A DNA stretch of 64,000 nucleotides from a bacterium. Its GTDB lineage: Bacteria > Oederibacteriota > JAAXVQ01 > JAUVAV01. Positions within the stretch are counted from its first letter, which is position 1, and every line of letters starts with the position of its first letter. The stretch covers positions 10,498 to 74,497 of the forward strand of contig JAIORK010000050.1 of NCBI GenBank assembly GCA_021108215.1. Direction: 5' to 3'. The notes under the pieces were generated by a model. That model saw only the letters and a list, made by a program, of their open reading frames with translations, did not search any database and had not been told where the DNA came from. Positions 49,686 to 59,945 of this stretch are shown here, piece after piece. Position numbers and translations under genes: made by a program.

Positions 49686-50597
49686 TCATTTCTCCATTTT
49701 CATTCTAAAATGACTTGCCTGTTCCAATTCGCGCAGGAGCTGGACTTTTTGCTGTTTTTTCAGCATGGTTTGCATGCTGCGCATTTTTTTTATAAACTGT
49801 TCTATGGCCAAAGAAACCTGATCATGGTTGGTCATGAGGATATCCAGCCACATTTTCGGCAATCCTCCGGCAATACGGGTGGTATCGCAAAAACCGGTCG
49901 CAGCTGACTCCAAAATCCGCCGGTCTTTTCCGGCAAGTGTCTGTAATTGATTGACCAAGCCTACGGCCACCATATGCGGCAAGTGGGACACCATGGCGAC
50001 AAAAGCATCGTGCTCACGAGGTTTGATCACCATAATCCGCGAGCATCCGGCCGTGCGCCAAATGTGTTTCAACCGTCTCAGTGCCGGAGCATGCTTGGTT
50101 GACACCGGCATGAGCATGCACAAAGAACCTTTGTACAAATCCTTATCCGCCGCCGCGACACCTGATTTTTCCGACCCTGCCATGGGATGGGACCCAATAA
50201 ACACCGGGCGCTTGACCGATGTTTTATTTTTAAAATAGGAATCCAGGGTATGATTTATTTGCCGCAACAACCCCGTCTTGGTGCTGCCAACGTCCGTCAC
50301 CAGACATCCGGGTTCCAGATACGGAAGCATGCTGCGCAGCAATGATGCCGTCGAACTGACCGGACCTGCCAGGACAACAACATCCGCGCCTGCCACTGCT
50401 TTGGAAATCAAGAGCGTCCCTTCGTCAATGCAGCCCATTTTCTTTGCCTGACGCAATGTCTGTTGACGACGGGCCAATCCGACAATGGTCCGGGCAATCC
50501 CGGACCGCTTAACTGCCCTTCCGAGCGAGCCGCCCATAAGCCCAACACCGGCAATCACCATTTTATTAAACTGCGGTTTTTGCTTCATTCTATCCAT
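49686..50597 (-). CDS. tyrA: Prephenate/arogenate dehydrogenase
   Basis: GVGLMGGS, TDVGSTK, HPMAGSE, HD...A.VSHLPH, DTTRIA. Confidence 0.93.
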   Translation of the reverse strand: MDRMKQKPQFNKMVIAGVGLMGGSLGRAVKRSGIARTIVGLARRQQTLRQAKKMGCIDEGTLLISKAVAGADVVVLAGPVSSTASLLRSMLPYLEPGCLVTDVGSTKTGLLRQINHTLDSYFKNKTSVKRPVFIGSHPMAGSEKSGVAAADKDLYKGSLCMLMPVSTKHAPALRRLKHIWRTAGCSRIMVIKPREHDAFVAMVSHLPHMVAVGLVNQLQTLAGKDRRILESAATGFCDTTRIAGGLPKMWLDILMTNHDQVSLAIEQFIKKMRSMQTMLKKQQKVQLLRELEQASHFRMKMEK

Positions 50598-50614
50598 CCT
50601 TTATTTTAGCTGGT

Positions 50615-51628
50615 TTACCAGCTTACCTTACACAGGGGTGCCAGCTCTTTGATCGATTTCACCACTGCATCAAAGTCTTCCGGCAGTAACGATTGATCGC
50701 CGTCCGAAAGCGCATCCTCCGGATGCGGGTGCACCTCAATGGTCAGCCCATCCGCACCGGCAACCATCCCTGCCCGGGCCATCACACCGATCAAGCTGCG
50801 GCGGCCGGTTGCGTGAGAAGGATCCACCACCACCGGAAGATGGGACAATTCCTTGGCTGCTGCGACAGCTGCCAAATCAAGCGTATTGCGCGTGTAGGTC
50901 TCAAATGTCCGGATACCCCGCTCACACAGCACAACATCATAATTCCCGCGTGACAGAATATATTCCGCCGACATAAGCCATTCTTTAATCGTGGCGGAGA
51001 GTCCGCGCTTGAGCAGGACCGGTTTTTTTATGTCCCCCACTGCTTTGAGCAGATCAAAGTTCTGCATATTCCGTGCACCAATCTGGAGCATATCCGCATA
51101 CTGGGCGATCAGCTCAACGTGATTGACATTCATGACCTCGGTCACAACTGGCAAGCCGGTTTCCACACGCGCTTTGGCCAGGAGTTTCAATCCTTCCTCT
51201 CCCATCCCCTGAAAGGCATAGGGACTGGTACGTGGTTTAAATGCTCCTCCGCGCAGGATATTCGCTCCGGAAGCTTTCACTTTTTGTGCCGCCTCAATGA
51301 GGGTCTCCCAATTTTCTACAGAGCAGGGCCCGGCAATCAACCCAAAATGCCCGCCTCCAATCTTAACCGAACCCACTTGAACCACGGTAGCTTCCTGTTT
51401 GAATTCACGCGAGACCAGTTTAAAGGGTTGCAAAATTTGCACTGATTGCTCGACGCCGGGAAAGGCTTCCAACGGCACTGCCTGCAAAACCCGCTCATCT
51501 CCAATCGCACCTACAATGGTTCGCTCGGTACCCTTGGAAACATGTGCCGCGAGTCCCTTTGCTTTGAGTTTTTCGACCAGATGTTCAATCTGTGCATCGG
51601 TTGCATCTTTACGCATTACAATAACCAT
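50615..51628 (-). CDS. aroF: DAHP synthase (type I beta, N-terminal regulatory domain)
   Basis: [56 protein letters not shown]. Confidence 0.96.
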   Translation of the reverse strand: MVIVMRKDATDAQIEHLVEKLKAKGLAAHVSKGTERTIVGAIGDERVLQAVPLEAFPGVEQSVQILQPFKLVSREFKQEATVVQVGSVKIGGGHFGLIAGPCSVENWETLIEAAQKVKASGANILRGGAFKPRTSPYAFQGMGEEGLKLLAKARVETGLPVVTEVMNVNHVELIAQYADMLQIGARNMQNFDLLKAVGDIKKPVLLKRGLSATIKEWLMSAEYILSRGNYDVVLCERGIRTFETYTRNTLDLAAVAAAKELSHLPVVVDPSHATGRRSLIGVMARAGMVAGADGLTIEVHPHPEDALSDGDQSLLPEDFDAVVKSIKELAPLCKVSW

Positions 51629-51732
51629 AATTCATCCTCCGTATATTTAAAACAAGCGTTGTTGTTTAGTGTCATCTCCGCATGTTGTAAGCGGGCATAA
51701 CACTACTTATGTGCTTTACCAAGCCACTGCAA

Positions 51733-52821
51733 TCATCCCACACTCTTTTTTAATGCCCTTAACATTTTATTATTCTCCGCCACTTTCCCCAGCGTGATGC
51801 GGGCATACCCTTCCGGAAAAGGCCGGACAATAATACCGCGCTGCATAAGCGTATCCACCAAATCCTTGCTGTCTGTTGGATTCAACTTCGTAAATAAAAA
51901 ATTGGTCTGACCGGCAACAACCTTGAACCCCATTTGACGGAGCTCTTTGGCAACCCGCTTCCGTTCACTTTTGGCCAAAGCAACACATTTTTTCATATAG
52001 GCCTGATCTCCCAAAGCTGCAATCGCCGCAACTTGGGCCAGACTATTGACATTGAACGGATCACGAACGCGTTCAATTGTTTGCGTCACCTCAGGTGCCG
52101 CCACGCCATAACCAATACGCAACCCGGCCAATCCATAGGCCTTGGAAAACGTCCGCAAGACCACCAGGTTTTTTCGTTCCCGGACCCAGTCGATTGTATT
52201 GACTGCCCACTGCGGGTCAACATATTCAAAATAAGCTTCATCCAACACAATCAAACAACTGCCGGGAATACGATTGATAAAATTCCTCAGCACTTTTGCA
52301 TCCACCAGGGTTCCGGTTGGATTATTGGGATTGGCAATAAAAATCATTTTGGTTTTCGGAGTAAACTTTTTTGCCATGGCTTCCAAATCATAAGCAAAAT
52401 CCCGCATCGGCACCGCGATAAATTCCGCCCCCATGATTTGCGCTACCGTTTTGTATACCACAAAACTCATTTGGGACGTTAACACTTCATCCCCCGGATT
52501 TAAATAAGCCAGACCAAGCAGTACCAACAATTCATTCGAACCGTTGCCAATCATCAGAGTATCCGGCCGGCATTTGAGTTGTTTGGCCAACGCCTGACGT
52601 AAATAGAAACAGGCGCCATCCGGATAAAGCTGCATTTTATCGACCGCATTTTTCACGGCATTTTTCACGCGCACTGACGGCCCCAGGGTATTTTCATTGC
52701 TCGCCAATTTGATGACCGCTGTAATTCCCAGCTCGCGTTCCACCTCTTCAATCGGTTTTCCCGGTTGATATGGCTGCATGCCTTCAATCTGCGTACGGGA
52801 CGTGAGCCGGTTGATCCCCAT
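51733..52821 (-). CDS. hisC: Histidinol-phosphate/aromatic aminotransferase
   Basis: YQPGKP, KLASNEN, NPNNPTG, DEAY, RTFSKAYGLAGLRIGY. Confidence 0.95.
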   Translation of the reverse strand: MGINRLTSRTQIEGMQPYQPGKPIEEVERELGITAVIKLASNENTLGPSVRVKNAVKNAVDKMQLYPDGACFYLRQALAKQLKCRPDTLMIGNGSNELLVLLGLAYLNPGDEVLTSQMSFVVYKTVAQIMGAEFIAVPMRDFAYDLEAMAKKFTPKTKMIFIANPNNPTGTLVDAKVLRNFINRIPGSCLIVLDEAYFEYVDPQWAVNTIDWVRERKNLVVLRTFSKAYGLAGLRIGYGVAAPEVTQTIERVRDPFNVNSLAQVAAIAALGDQAYMKKCVALAKSERKRVAKELRQMGFKVVAGQTNFLFTKLNPTDSKDLVDTLMQRGIIVRPFPEGYARITLGKVAENNKMLRALKKSVG

Positions 52822-53891
52822 CAATCCGCACTCCTGGGATAGGATCCCAAAACGCGTAATTCCGATGTAAGCGGTTTTAGGGCTGCCAGCGTTTTTTTCA
52901 TGGGTGCATCGCTGACATGTCCCTGGCAATCAATAAAAAAAAGATAACTCCAAACACCGGTCCGGGCAGGACGCGATTCGATATTGGTTAAATTAATTTT
53001 ATTGTGTGCAAAGGGCCTCAAGATACGATGCAATGCACCGACACTGTCTTTGATCGCCAACATAAGCGAAGTTTTATCTTTGCGCGTCGCACCTGTAATC
53101 TGGCGGCCCAGCACCAAAAAACGGGTCTGGTTTTCCGGATTGTCCTCAATACTTTTTTCCAATATCCGCAAATTATAGAGGTTTGCCGCCAATTTCGAGG
53201 CAATGGCAGCCGAGGCCTTGGTCTTGACCGCCATCTGAGCAGCCTTGGCATTGGAAGAGACTTCCACAATTTCAACCTCCGGCATATTACCGTCCAACCA
53301 TAGCCGGCATTGTCCCAATGTCTGAGGATGAATAAAGATTTTTTTAATTTCCGAGCGTACCGTCTCCATCGAAAGCAGGTTGTGAACCACACGCAAGGAA
53401 ACTTCCGCGCATATCTTAACCGTGCTGTTGACAAACATATCCAGCGTATGATTAACAACACCCTCGGTGGAATTTTCAATTGGCGCCACACCATAGTCGG
53501 CCCGGCCGCGTTCCACCTCGCGAAAAACATCTGCAATACTTTTCACTGCCAAATAATCTGCAGAAGAACCGAATTGTTTTTTAGCTGCTTCATGAGTAAA
53601 CGTTCCGGCCGGACCAAAAAACGCAATTTTTTGGCTGCCCTGCAATGCAATGGATGCTGAAATAATTTCACGATAAATCGCCTGAATGGCCTGAGGCGGC
53701 AACGGACCATTTTTTGCCAATGCCTTTAATCGCTGCAAGAGCTGGCTTTCGCGATCAGGCGCAAAAACGGGTTTATTGGTCCGCCTTTTTTGATGGGATA
53801 TTTCCACTGCCAGTCCGGCACGGTCATTGAGTAATTTAACAATTTGTTGATCTATATGATCTATTCCACGCCGAACTTTTTCAAGTTTCAC
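52821..53891 (-). CDS. pheA: Chorismate mutase/prephenate dehydratase
   Basis: R..ID.ID..IV.LLNDR, GPAGTF, PIENSTEG, NQTRF, IESRP, LGSYP. Confidence 0.96.
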   Translation of the reverse strand: MKLEKVRRGIDHIDQQIVKLLNDRAGLAVEISHQKRRTNKPVFAPDRESQLLQRLKALAKNGPLPPQAIQAIYREIISASIALQGSQKIAFFGPAGTFTHEAAKKQFGSSADYLAVKSIADVFREVERGRADYGVAPIENSTEGVVNHTLDMFVNSTVKICAEVSLRVVHNLLSMETVRSEIKKIFIHPQTLGQCRLWLDGNMPEVEIVEVSSNAKAAQMAVKTKASAAIASKLAANLYNLRILEKSIEDNPENQTRFLVLGRQITGATRKDKTSLMLAIKDSVGALHRILRPFAHNKINLTNIESRPARTGVWSYLFFIDCQGHVSDAPMKKTLAALKPLTSELRVLGSYPRSAD

Positions 53892-53896
53892 TTGAC

Positions 53897-54976
53897 TTAG
53901 CCCCCCCTGATAGTAAGCATTGCTTCAACTTGCCGTATCCTATTTTGTAAGTGCTCGTGATCTTCGCGGCACAAAACCGGTTTGATTTCTTCGGCCATAA
54001 TAATTTCCCGAATAAGACAGCGTTTTTCATACAGAACGATAACGTGCATCATCCGGCTATACAGTGTCTCTTTGTTCCCTTCGCTCCAGGCGGTTTCATA
54101 AGCTTTTAAACCATTTTTCAATTCAGCCGCCTGCGGACGCTCCTGCAAAAGCAGCCATTCCACCAAAATCGTTACCATGGCCGTCAACCCGGTCAAATAG
54201 GCTAAGAGGCGTCCTTTAAGATCAAACCAAAAAAACTTACCCAACCAGCCGATAGGCGTCCCGTCATTATAAGCAAGCCGTTCAAAAAATATCCAACCTA
54301 AAAAGAAAATACCCAGGCTGATGACAATCCCCCGGGCCCAATAGCCGTTCAAATCGGGTCCAATAAGAAAACGGACAATGCCAATGATGGTTCCAAAAAG
54401 CAACCCCCAAACAGCCGGACTGGAACATGCCACCGCGAGCTGTGTATGGCCGATCATTCCCGGCAATTGGGGAAAAATCCCCAAGCTGATTCCTTGAAAG
54501 CTGCCCGCCCCGGGATGGATCACGCTAATTCCAATTTCCAGCCCCACACCCAAACCAAGTCCGAGAATGGAAAAATCCATGATACTCCCGGTGTAGCGCA
54601 AACGGCTTTTAGGCCACAAACAGAGCCCGACCAACAGGGATGTTATCAAGGCCGCTTCAAGCGTCGCGCTCAACGCTGATGCTAAAATCGAGTCCTTACC
54701 CAGAATTAAAATTAAAGGAACCTCAATCACCATGGCAGCGGGAATAAGGAAGATCATCCCGGTTCCCAACGCGACAACAATGGACGAGACGGTCACGGTC
54801 CGGTTCTCCGCACTCAGCATCGTCCAAAAAAACAACATGACCAGTGGTGCTAAAAGCCGGTCCCCCGGCGGAATAAATAAAACAAAAAAAAGAACCGCCC
54901 CACCTTGAATAAAAAAGCGGACCGCAGGAGACAATTTTCGGAATTTTTGATAGGGTGTTTCAATCCAGCCCGCCAT
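53897..54976 (-). CDS. Polytopic membrane protein, possibly divergent PrsW-like
   Basis: Many TM helices; SATLEAALI and MDFSILGLGLGVGLE loosely follow PrsW motif spacing but without EExxK/FxxxE. Confidence 0.55.
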   Translation of the reverse strand: MAGWIETPYQKFRKLSPAVRFFIQGGAVLFFVLFIPPGDRLLAPLVMLFFWTMLSAENRTVTVSSIVVALGTGMIFLIPAAMVIEVPLILILGKDSILASALSATLEAALITSLLVGLCLWPKSRLRYTGSIMDFSILGLGLGVGLEIGISVIHPGAGSFQGISLGIFPQLPGMIGHTQLAVACSSPAVWGLLFGTIIGIVRFLIGPDLNGYWARGIVISLGIFFLGWIFFERLAYNDGTPIGWLGKFFWFDLKGRLLAYLTGLTAMVTILVEWLLLQERPQAAELKNGLKAYETAWSEGNKETLYSRMMHVIVLYEKRCLIREIIMAEEIKPVLCREDHEHLQNRIRQVEAMLTIRGG

Positions 54977-54978
54977 AC

Positions 54979-55146
54979 CTAGATCTCCGAGTCTGTTTCT
55001 GTTTTCTTTGACTGTTCTTCACAAACAATATCCTGCAATACTCGCTGGGAATGCTGCCAGCAGATGCCGATCGTCATGATAACCAAAACTAAAAACCAAA
55101 TAAAGTAGTCCCCTTTGGCCAGCGCCAATCCTGCGGAAAAATCCAT
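54979..55146 (-). CDS. Small single-TM protein (55 aa), below ORF-track cutoff
   Basis: AGAGGT RBS; MDFSAGLALAKGDYFIWFLVLVIMTIGICWQHSQRVLQDIVCEEQSKKTETDSEI*; fills the gap between rluB and the next gene. Confidence 0.7.
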   Translation of the reverse strand: MDFSAGLALAKGDYFIWFLVLVIMTIGICWQHSQRVLQDIVCEEQSKKTETDSEI

Positions 55147-55149
55147 AGT

Positions 55150-55995
55150 CTACCTCTTGCTACGTGTGTGTTTTTTTGTGCGACCGACCGGTCGCCCACT
55201 TGTCTTCCGAACCGGCCGGGACAAAGAACTGCTTTTCTCCGGCCTAAACTGACGAATCCTGCCAACCTCCGCATCTGATAAATAGCGCCATCGCCCGGCC
55301 AACAGCCCGGCAGAGGTTAAAAATCCAAATTTAATTCTTACGAGCCGGTCAACCGGATGCCCGATGGCCGCGCACATTTTCTTCACCTGATGCTGCCGGC
55401 CCTCGCGCAGCACTAATTCCACCACCGCATTCTTGCCTACCTTCCTGACCAGCCGTGCTTTGGCAGGCAGGGTTTTCTCATAACGACCCGACCAGGCCGG
55501 GATACGCACACCGGCGGCAAGCCTTTGAATTGCAGTTGGGGTGGGAACACCTTTTACGGTCGCATGATATGTTTTGGAAAATCCATAGCGGGGATGCATA
55601 AGCTTTTGCGCCAGATCCCCGTCATTGGTCAACATGAGAGCACCTGATGTATTAAAATCCAGTCTCCCGACCGGATAAACCCGGTACTTAACACCTTTGA
55701 GCAAGTCCACCACCGTGGTCCGCTTTTCCGGATCTTCCACCGTCGAAATAACACCTTCAGGTTTATTCATCAAAATATAAACCAGACGCTGCGGGAAAAT
55801 GCGCTTGCCGGAAACTTTTACGGCATCTTTTTCAACGTTAATTCTGACAAAAGAATCCTTAACTGTTTCTCCATTGACCGTTACCCGGCCTGCTGATATC
55901 ACTTCGTCCGCATCACGTCTGGAACACACGCCGGCATCTGCTAAAAACCGGTTAATGCGCACCTGAGCATCGGACGTCTCATGGGTTTCCATCAT
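55150..55995 (-). CDS. rluB: rRNA pseudouridine synthase (RluB/RsuA family)
   Basis: S4 domain AGVCSRR.AD, NKP.G, PVGRLD..TSG, EGR.HQVKKM. Confidence 0.9.
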   Translation of the reverse strand: MMETHETSDAQVRINRFLADAGVCSRRDADEVISAGRVTVNGETVKDSFVRINVEKDAVKVSGKRIFPQRLVYILMNKPEGVISTVEDPEKRTTVVDLLKGVKYRVYPVGRLDFNTSGALMLTNDGDLAQKLMHPRYGFSKTYHATVKGVPTPTAIQRLAAGVRIPAWSGRYEKTLPAKARLVRKVGKNAVVELVLREGRQHQVKKMCAAIGHPVDRLVRIKFGFLTSAGLLAGRWRYLSDAEVGRIRQFRPEKSSSLSRPVRKTSGRPVGRTKKHTRSKR

Positions 55996-57050
55996 TACTC
56001 TCCTGCAGGATCATCTTTTTCCATTTCACTTTGTTGACCGGATGTTTTTTTTTCTTGTTCCAATTCCCCAGCCTGTATCTCGGCAGTCACGATTTCCTCA
56101 GCATGCGCGTGATCATCATTGTGCCCATTGCCGTCTTCCGGATGTGGTTCTTCTTCCAGCTCTGATAAATTGACGTTGTCATCTTCATCAGCTTCATCTT
56201 CATCCGTTTCATCTTCATCCGTTTCATCTTCATCCGTTTCATCTTCATCAGCTTCGTCTTCATCCGTTTCATCTTCATCAGCTTCGTCATTCTCTTTAGA
56301 TGGATCTAACTCTATATCCGGCTTGCCATTACCGCTGTCATCGGCAACGATTTCATTTTCTTCCGCAGATGCTCCCACATCTGACTGGGATACTTCCGGT
56401 TGCTGTTCAGACTCCGCAGCCATGGTCTGCTCCTCGTCCGCTTCGCCTTCTTCGCCAACTTTGACTTTGGCAATTAATTCTCCCTGTTGATTCATTTCCC
56501 AGGCCTGGCCGGCATCATCCGACTCTAAAATATCCTGTAAATCTTTGAGCATGGGCATATCCGTGAGGTCCTTAAGCCCGAAATAGTGCAAAAATTCTTT
56601 GGTGGTGCCATAAAGAATTGGCCGACCTATAACTTCCTTACGTCCGACAATACGTATAAATTTTCTGTCCAGCAGCGCATTGACAACTCCGTCAGCTGAA
56701 ACACCCCGGATATCCTCAATCTCAGCCTTGGTGATGGGCTGACGGTAGGCAATAATCGCGAGTGTTTCCAAAGCCGCGCGCGAGAGTTTATTACTCGTGC
56801 GTGTCTTGAACATTTTTCGAATCCAGGGAGCATACTGTACACGGGTCGCCAATTGATAGCCTTCCGCGATTTCCACCAAGTGAAACGCTCTTCCCTGCAT
56901 ATCATATTCAGCCTTCAATTCATCCAGGCACGCCAGAACCGTTCGGCGGTCCACATCTTCCAGCAGTCCCTGCATAACACCCAAGGACATGGGTTTGTCA
57001 CCCACAAACAACAAACACTCAATAATCGCTTTAATCTCTTTTTGTTCCAT
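55995..57050 (-). CDS. scpB: SMC-Scp complex subunit ScpB with long acidic tail
   Basis: LSRAALETLAIIAYRQPITKAEIE.IRGV, GRPILYGTT..FL.YFGL..L.D.P. Confidence 0.96.
   Translation of the reverse strand: MEQKEIKAIIECLLFVGDKPMSLGVMQGLLEDVDRRTVLACLDELKAEYDMQGRAFHLVEIAEGYQLATRVQYAPWIRKMFKTRTSNKLSRAALETLAIIAYRQPITKAEIEDIRGVSADGVVNALLDRKFIRIVGRKEVIGRPILYGTTKEFLHYFGLKDLTDMPMLKDLQDILESDDAGQAWEMNQQGELIAKVKVGEEGEADEEQTMAAESEQQPEVSQSDVGASAEENEIVADDSGNGKPDIELDPSKENDEADEDETDEDEADEDETDEDETDEDETDEDEADEDDNVNLSELEEEPHPEDGNGHNDDHAHAEEIVTAEIQAGELEQEKKTSGQQSEMEKDDPAGE
56179..56290 (-). repeat. 15-bp coding tandem repeat in scpB (DEDET/DEDEA, about 7 units)
   Basis: GATGAAGATGAAACG / GATGAAGATGAAGCT units. Confidence 0.9.
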
Positions 57051-57836
57051 TTAGTCTTCCTCCGTACCACTTGTCGCGATTTCACGCGCTGTACTGGTAA
57101 ATTCATCCATACGATGAATTTCTATTTCATCAAATAAAGCACCCTGGACAATAATGACCGCCTTGAGGCGGGCTAATTCCAGCAATGCCAAAAAGGCGGC
57201 CACCATGGCAACCTTGCTCCCTTGGCGACGCATAAAATCCACAAACTGAATCCGTGCCGTTTCTTCCAGCGCATCTAAAATCTCATTGATTTTCTGACTG
57301 GTCTTGATCTCCTCACGCTGAATTTGTTTGAATGTTTCCGGCGTGGCATAGGCAACCACGCGTTTGAACGCGGTCAACAGATCAAACATGTTCACTTCCT
57401 TAAATTGTACCGCCGGTTCATCCTTGACGTGTTTTTCCAGGTCCTCATCACTGGGGTGGGCGGCCCGCCGCCAAAAAACCCGGCGCTGCTCGATCTCATT
57501 GTGGTCCAAACCACCGGCAACCTCTTTGTACCGTTTGTATTCCAAAAGCCGACGAATCAAGTCGGCGCGCGGATCAAGCTCCTCGCCGTCTTCCAATGCC
57601 AGTGATTCTTTGGGCAAAAGCATGCGCGATTTGATATGCATCAGTGTTGAGGCCATAAGAATGAAATCACCTGCCACTTCAAGATCCATTTCTTTGATCA
57701 AAGAAACGTACTCCATGAATTCTTCCAGAATTTTTGCGATCGGAATATCATAGATATCAATCTCGTTTTTTTTAATTAAATACAACAGCAGATCAAACGG
57801 CCCGTCAAACACATCCAAATTCAGACGGTAGGTCAT
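57051..57836 (-). CDS. scpA: Segregation and condensation protein A
   Basis: FDGPFDLLLYLI...EIDIYDIPI, FILMASTL..IKSRMLLP, FLALLEL. Confidence 0.96.
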   Translation of the reverse strand: MTYRLNLDVFDGPFDLLLYLIKKNEIDIYDIPIAKILEEFMEYVSLIKEMDLEVAGDFILMASTLMHIKSRMLLPKESLALEDGEELDPRADLIRRLLEYKRYKEVAGGLDHNEIEQRRVFWRRAAHPSDEDLEKHVKDEPAVQFKEVNMFDLLTAFKRVVAYATPETFKQIQREEIKTSQKINEILDALEETARIQFVDFMRRQGSKVAMVAAFLALLELARLKAVIIVQGALFDEIEIHRMDEFTSTAREIATSGTEED

Positions 57837-57838
57837 GC

Positions 57839-58852
57839 TCAGCTCCTTCCCGATGTCAATGAAGACCACTGCATGGCTTTCCGGACAGCCTGCATGGTTT
57901 CCTGCGCTCTTTGCCTCGCCCGTTGCGCGCCCTGGGCCAGGATGGCTTTCAACCGTTCCCGATCATCAGCATACAACGCGCGCTTTTCACGAATCGGAGA
58001 GAGTATCCCGTCTAAAATAGGCATCAACGCTTTTTTACAAACCATACAACCACGCTTGCCTTCCCGGCATTCCGTCTCAATCAAAACCGCATCTTTGGAC
58101 GCATACATTTTAAATAAAGCCAGAACAACGCATCCCTTGGGATTACCCGGTGTATTCACGTGGATTTTCTGAGGATCAGTATACATCTGTTTAATTTTTT
58201 TCTCCACGACTTCTGTCGTGTCTGAAAGATGGATTGAATTCCCATAGCTTTTACTCATCTTTCTACCGTCTGTTCCCGGAACTTTAGGACTCTCGGTTAG
58301 CATGGATTGCGGTTCCGGCAGGGTCTCACCGTATAAATGATTGAATCGCCGACCGATTTCCCGGGTAATTTCCAGATGCGGCAGCTGATCCTGGCCCACT
58401 GGAACATGGGTTGCCCGATAGAGTAAAATATCAGCGGCCTGTAAAACCGGATACCCCAAAAATCCCAGGGTAGAAAGATCACGATCCTGCAATTCCTGCT
58501 GCTGCTCTTTATAAGTCGGACAGCGCTCTGCCCAAGCCAAGGGTGTCAGCATTCCTAAAATAACGTACAATTCTGAGTGTTCCCGGACTTCCGATTGAAC
58601 AAACATGGTTGTTTTTTCCGGATCAAGACCCACTGCCAGCCAATCCAGGAGTAATTCCATGGAATTTTGCACTATGTTGCCGGGACCTTTATATTCTGTG
58701 CTCAAGGCATGAATATCCGCCACCATAAAATAACACTGCGCGCCACTCTCCTGCATTTTAAAATAATTTTTCAGGGCGCCTTCCAAATGACCTAAATGAA
58801 GACGGCCGGTGGGCCGCATGCCGCTTAAGATAATTTTTTCCTGCTCAGCCAT
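57839..58852 (-). CDS. trpS: Tryptophan--tRNA ligase
   Basis: SGMRPTGRLHLGH, YPVLQAADIL, VPVGQDQLPH, KMSKS. Confidence 0.97.
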   Translation of the reverse strand: MAEQEKIILSGMRPTGRLHLGHLEGALKNYFKMQESGAQCYFMVADIHALSTEYKGPGNIVQNSMELLLDWLAVGLDPEKTTMFVQSEVREHSELYVILGMLTPLAWAERCPTYKEQQQELQDRDLSTLGFLGYPVLQAADILLYRATHVPVGQDQLPHLEITREIGRRFNHLYGETLPEPQSMLTESPKVPGTDGRKMSKSYGNSIHLSDTTEVVEKKIKQMYTDPQKIHVNTPGNPKGCVVLALFKMYASKDAVLIETECREGKRGCMVCKKALMPILDGILSPIREKRALYADDRERLKAILAQGAQRARQRAQETMQAVRKAMQWSSLTSGRS

Positions 58853-58901
58853 CGTCCATCCTTTCCCTAAACCGCCTGTGCTGCACCTTCGATCGCATCA
58901 T

Positions 58902-59555
58902 TCAAATAAAAGGATTGCCAAACGGCGCCAATAACAATTTTATAAAAAACGAAATCGGAACCATAATAACCCCTAATAAACCCGTGGCAAAAAGCGCCAT
59001 TAAAATCAAAAAAGAATATCTCCCGATTTTCTGAAATTGATATGCCCACGGACCCGGCAGAATCGTTGTGAGAATTTCAGCGCCATCCAATGGCGGCAGT
59101 GGGATCAAATTGAAAGCCGCCAGGATAATATTAATATTCAATGCTGCATATAAAACATTGCGTATTCCATTATTTTCCATCAACCCCATGTATCTTGCCA
59201 GCCAACCAACCAGTAATATCGCGATTGCCATTAGGATATTTGCTGCCGGACCGGCCAGAGAAACCAACAACATATCACGTTTGGGATTTTTAAAATTGTC
59301 CGGTGAGACTGGTACCGGTTTGGCATATCCAAAAACCATGGTTCCGCGCGACATCATAATGAGAAATAAGGGAAGCAACACTGTTCCCCAAAGATCGACA
59401 TGCCGCATGGGATTCAATGTCAATCTACCCATCATTTTGGCAGTAGCATCACCGAGGCGATTGGCCATCCAGCCATGGGAATATTCATGGATGACAATTG
59501 CCAGCAGCAACCCGGGAGCGAAAATGATTATTTGCATTACTAATTGAGAACCCAT
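58902..59555 (-). CDS. Site-2 protease family (M50) protein
   Basis: HEYSH, GRLTLNP, AGPAAN, FNLIPLPPLDG. Confidence 0.95.
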   Translation of the reverse strand: MGSQLVMQIIIFAPGLLLAIVIHEYSHGWMANRLGDATAKMMGRLTLNPMRHVDLWGTVLLPLFLIMMSRGTMVFGYAKPVPVSPDNFKNPKRDMLLVSLAGPAANILMAIAILLVGWLARYMGLMENNGIRNVLYAALNINIILAAFNLIPLPPLDGAEILTTILPGPWAYQFQKIGRYSFLILMALFATGLLGVIMVPISFFIKLLLAPFGNPFI

Positions 59556-59610
59556 AAAAACCCCACTTTAATATCCTTGCGCTATCTGTTTTCCCAAAAG
59601 GGTGTTTTTC

Positions 59611-59763
59611 GATAAATATCCACGGTCTTACCCGGCATCCGGCATTCGCCCCCGCATACGCGGGGCAAGCTGGGCAAGTACACCGGGCAGGCTGCCCCGA
59701 CCTGATAAATACTATTTCTTTGGGATGCTATCGCAGCCCATCGTGTTCGCACTGGCACGATAA
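59611..59763 (+). repeat. Nested palindromic intergenic element (copy B)
   Basis: ATCCACGGTCTTACCCGGCATCCGGCATTCGCCCCCGCATACGCGGGGCAAGCTGGGCAAG...CCATCGTGTTCGCACTGGCACGATA. Confidence 0.85.
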
Positions 59764-59849
59764 AACCTTTTTAATCAAACACTTTTCAGGAATTCACGAG
59801 GAACATAAACCCCCAAAACACGAAAAAAAAATTCTGTAAAATGAAAAAA

Positions 59850-59878
59850 AGTTTAGCAAAGTTAACCAAGGCTGTCAA
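59850..59878 (-). promoter_or_regulatory. Sigma70 promoter upstream of S2P-trpS operon
   Basis: TTGACA-17bp-TAAACT with extended -10 TG. Confidence 0.65.
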
Positions 59879-59945
59879 CGACTTATATAGAACACTTTTT
59901 TTTAAAAAAACAATTGATTTTAAATGTTTTTCAGGGACATTCCGG

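Noticed and set aside
56119-56490. Ser-rich plus-strand ORF (and similar 36637-36975, 45336-45902)
   Set aside because: Antisense shadows of acidic or Pro-rich low-complexity coding regions.
59556-59850. T-box leader for trpS operon
   Set aside because: No GGTGGNACCGCG T-box motif found; the structure is explained by the palindromic repeat family.
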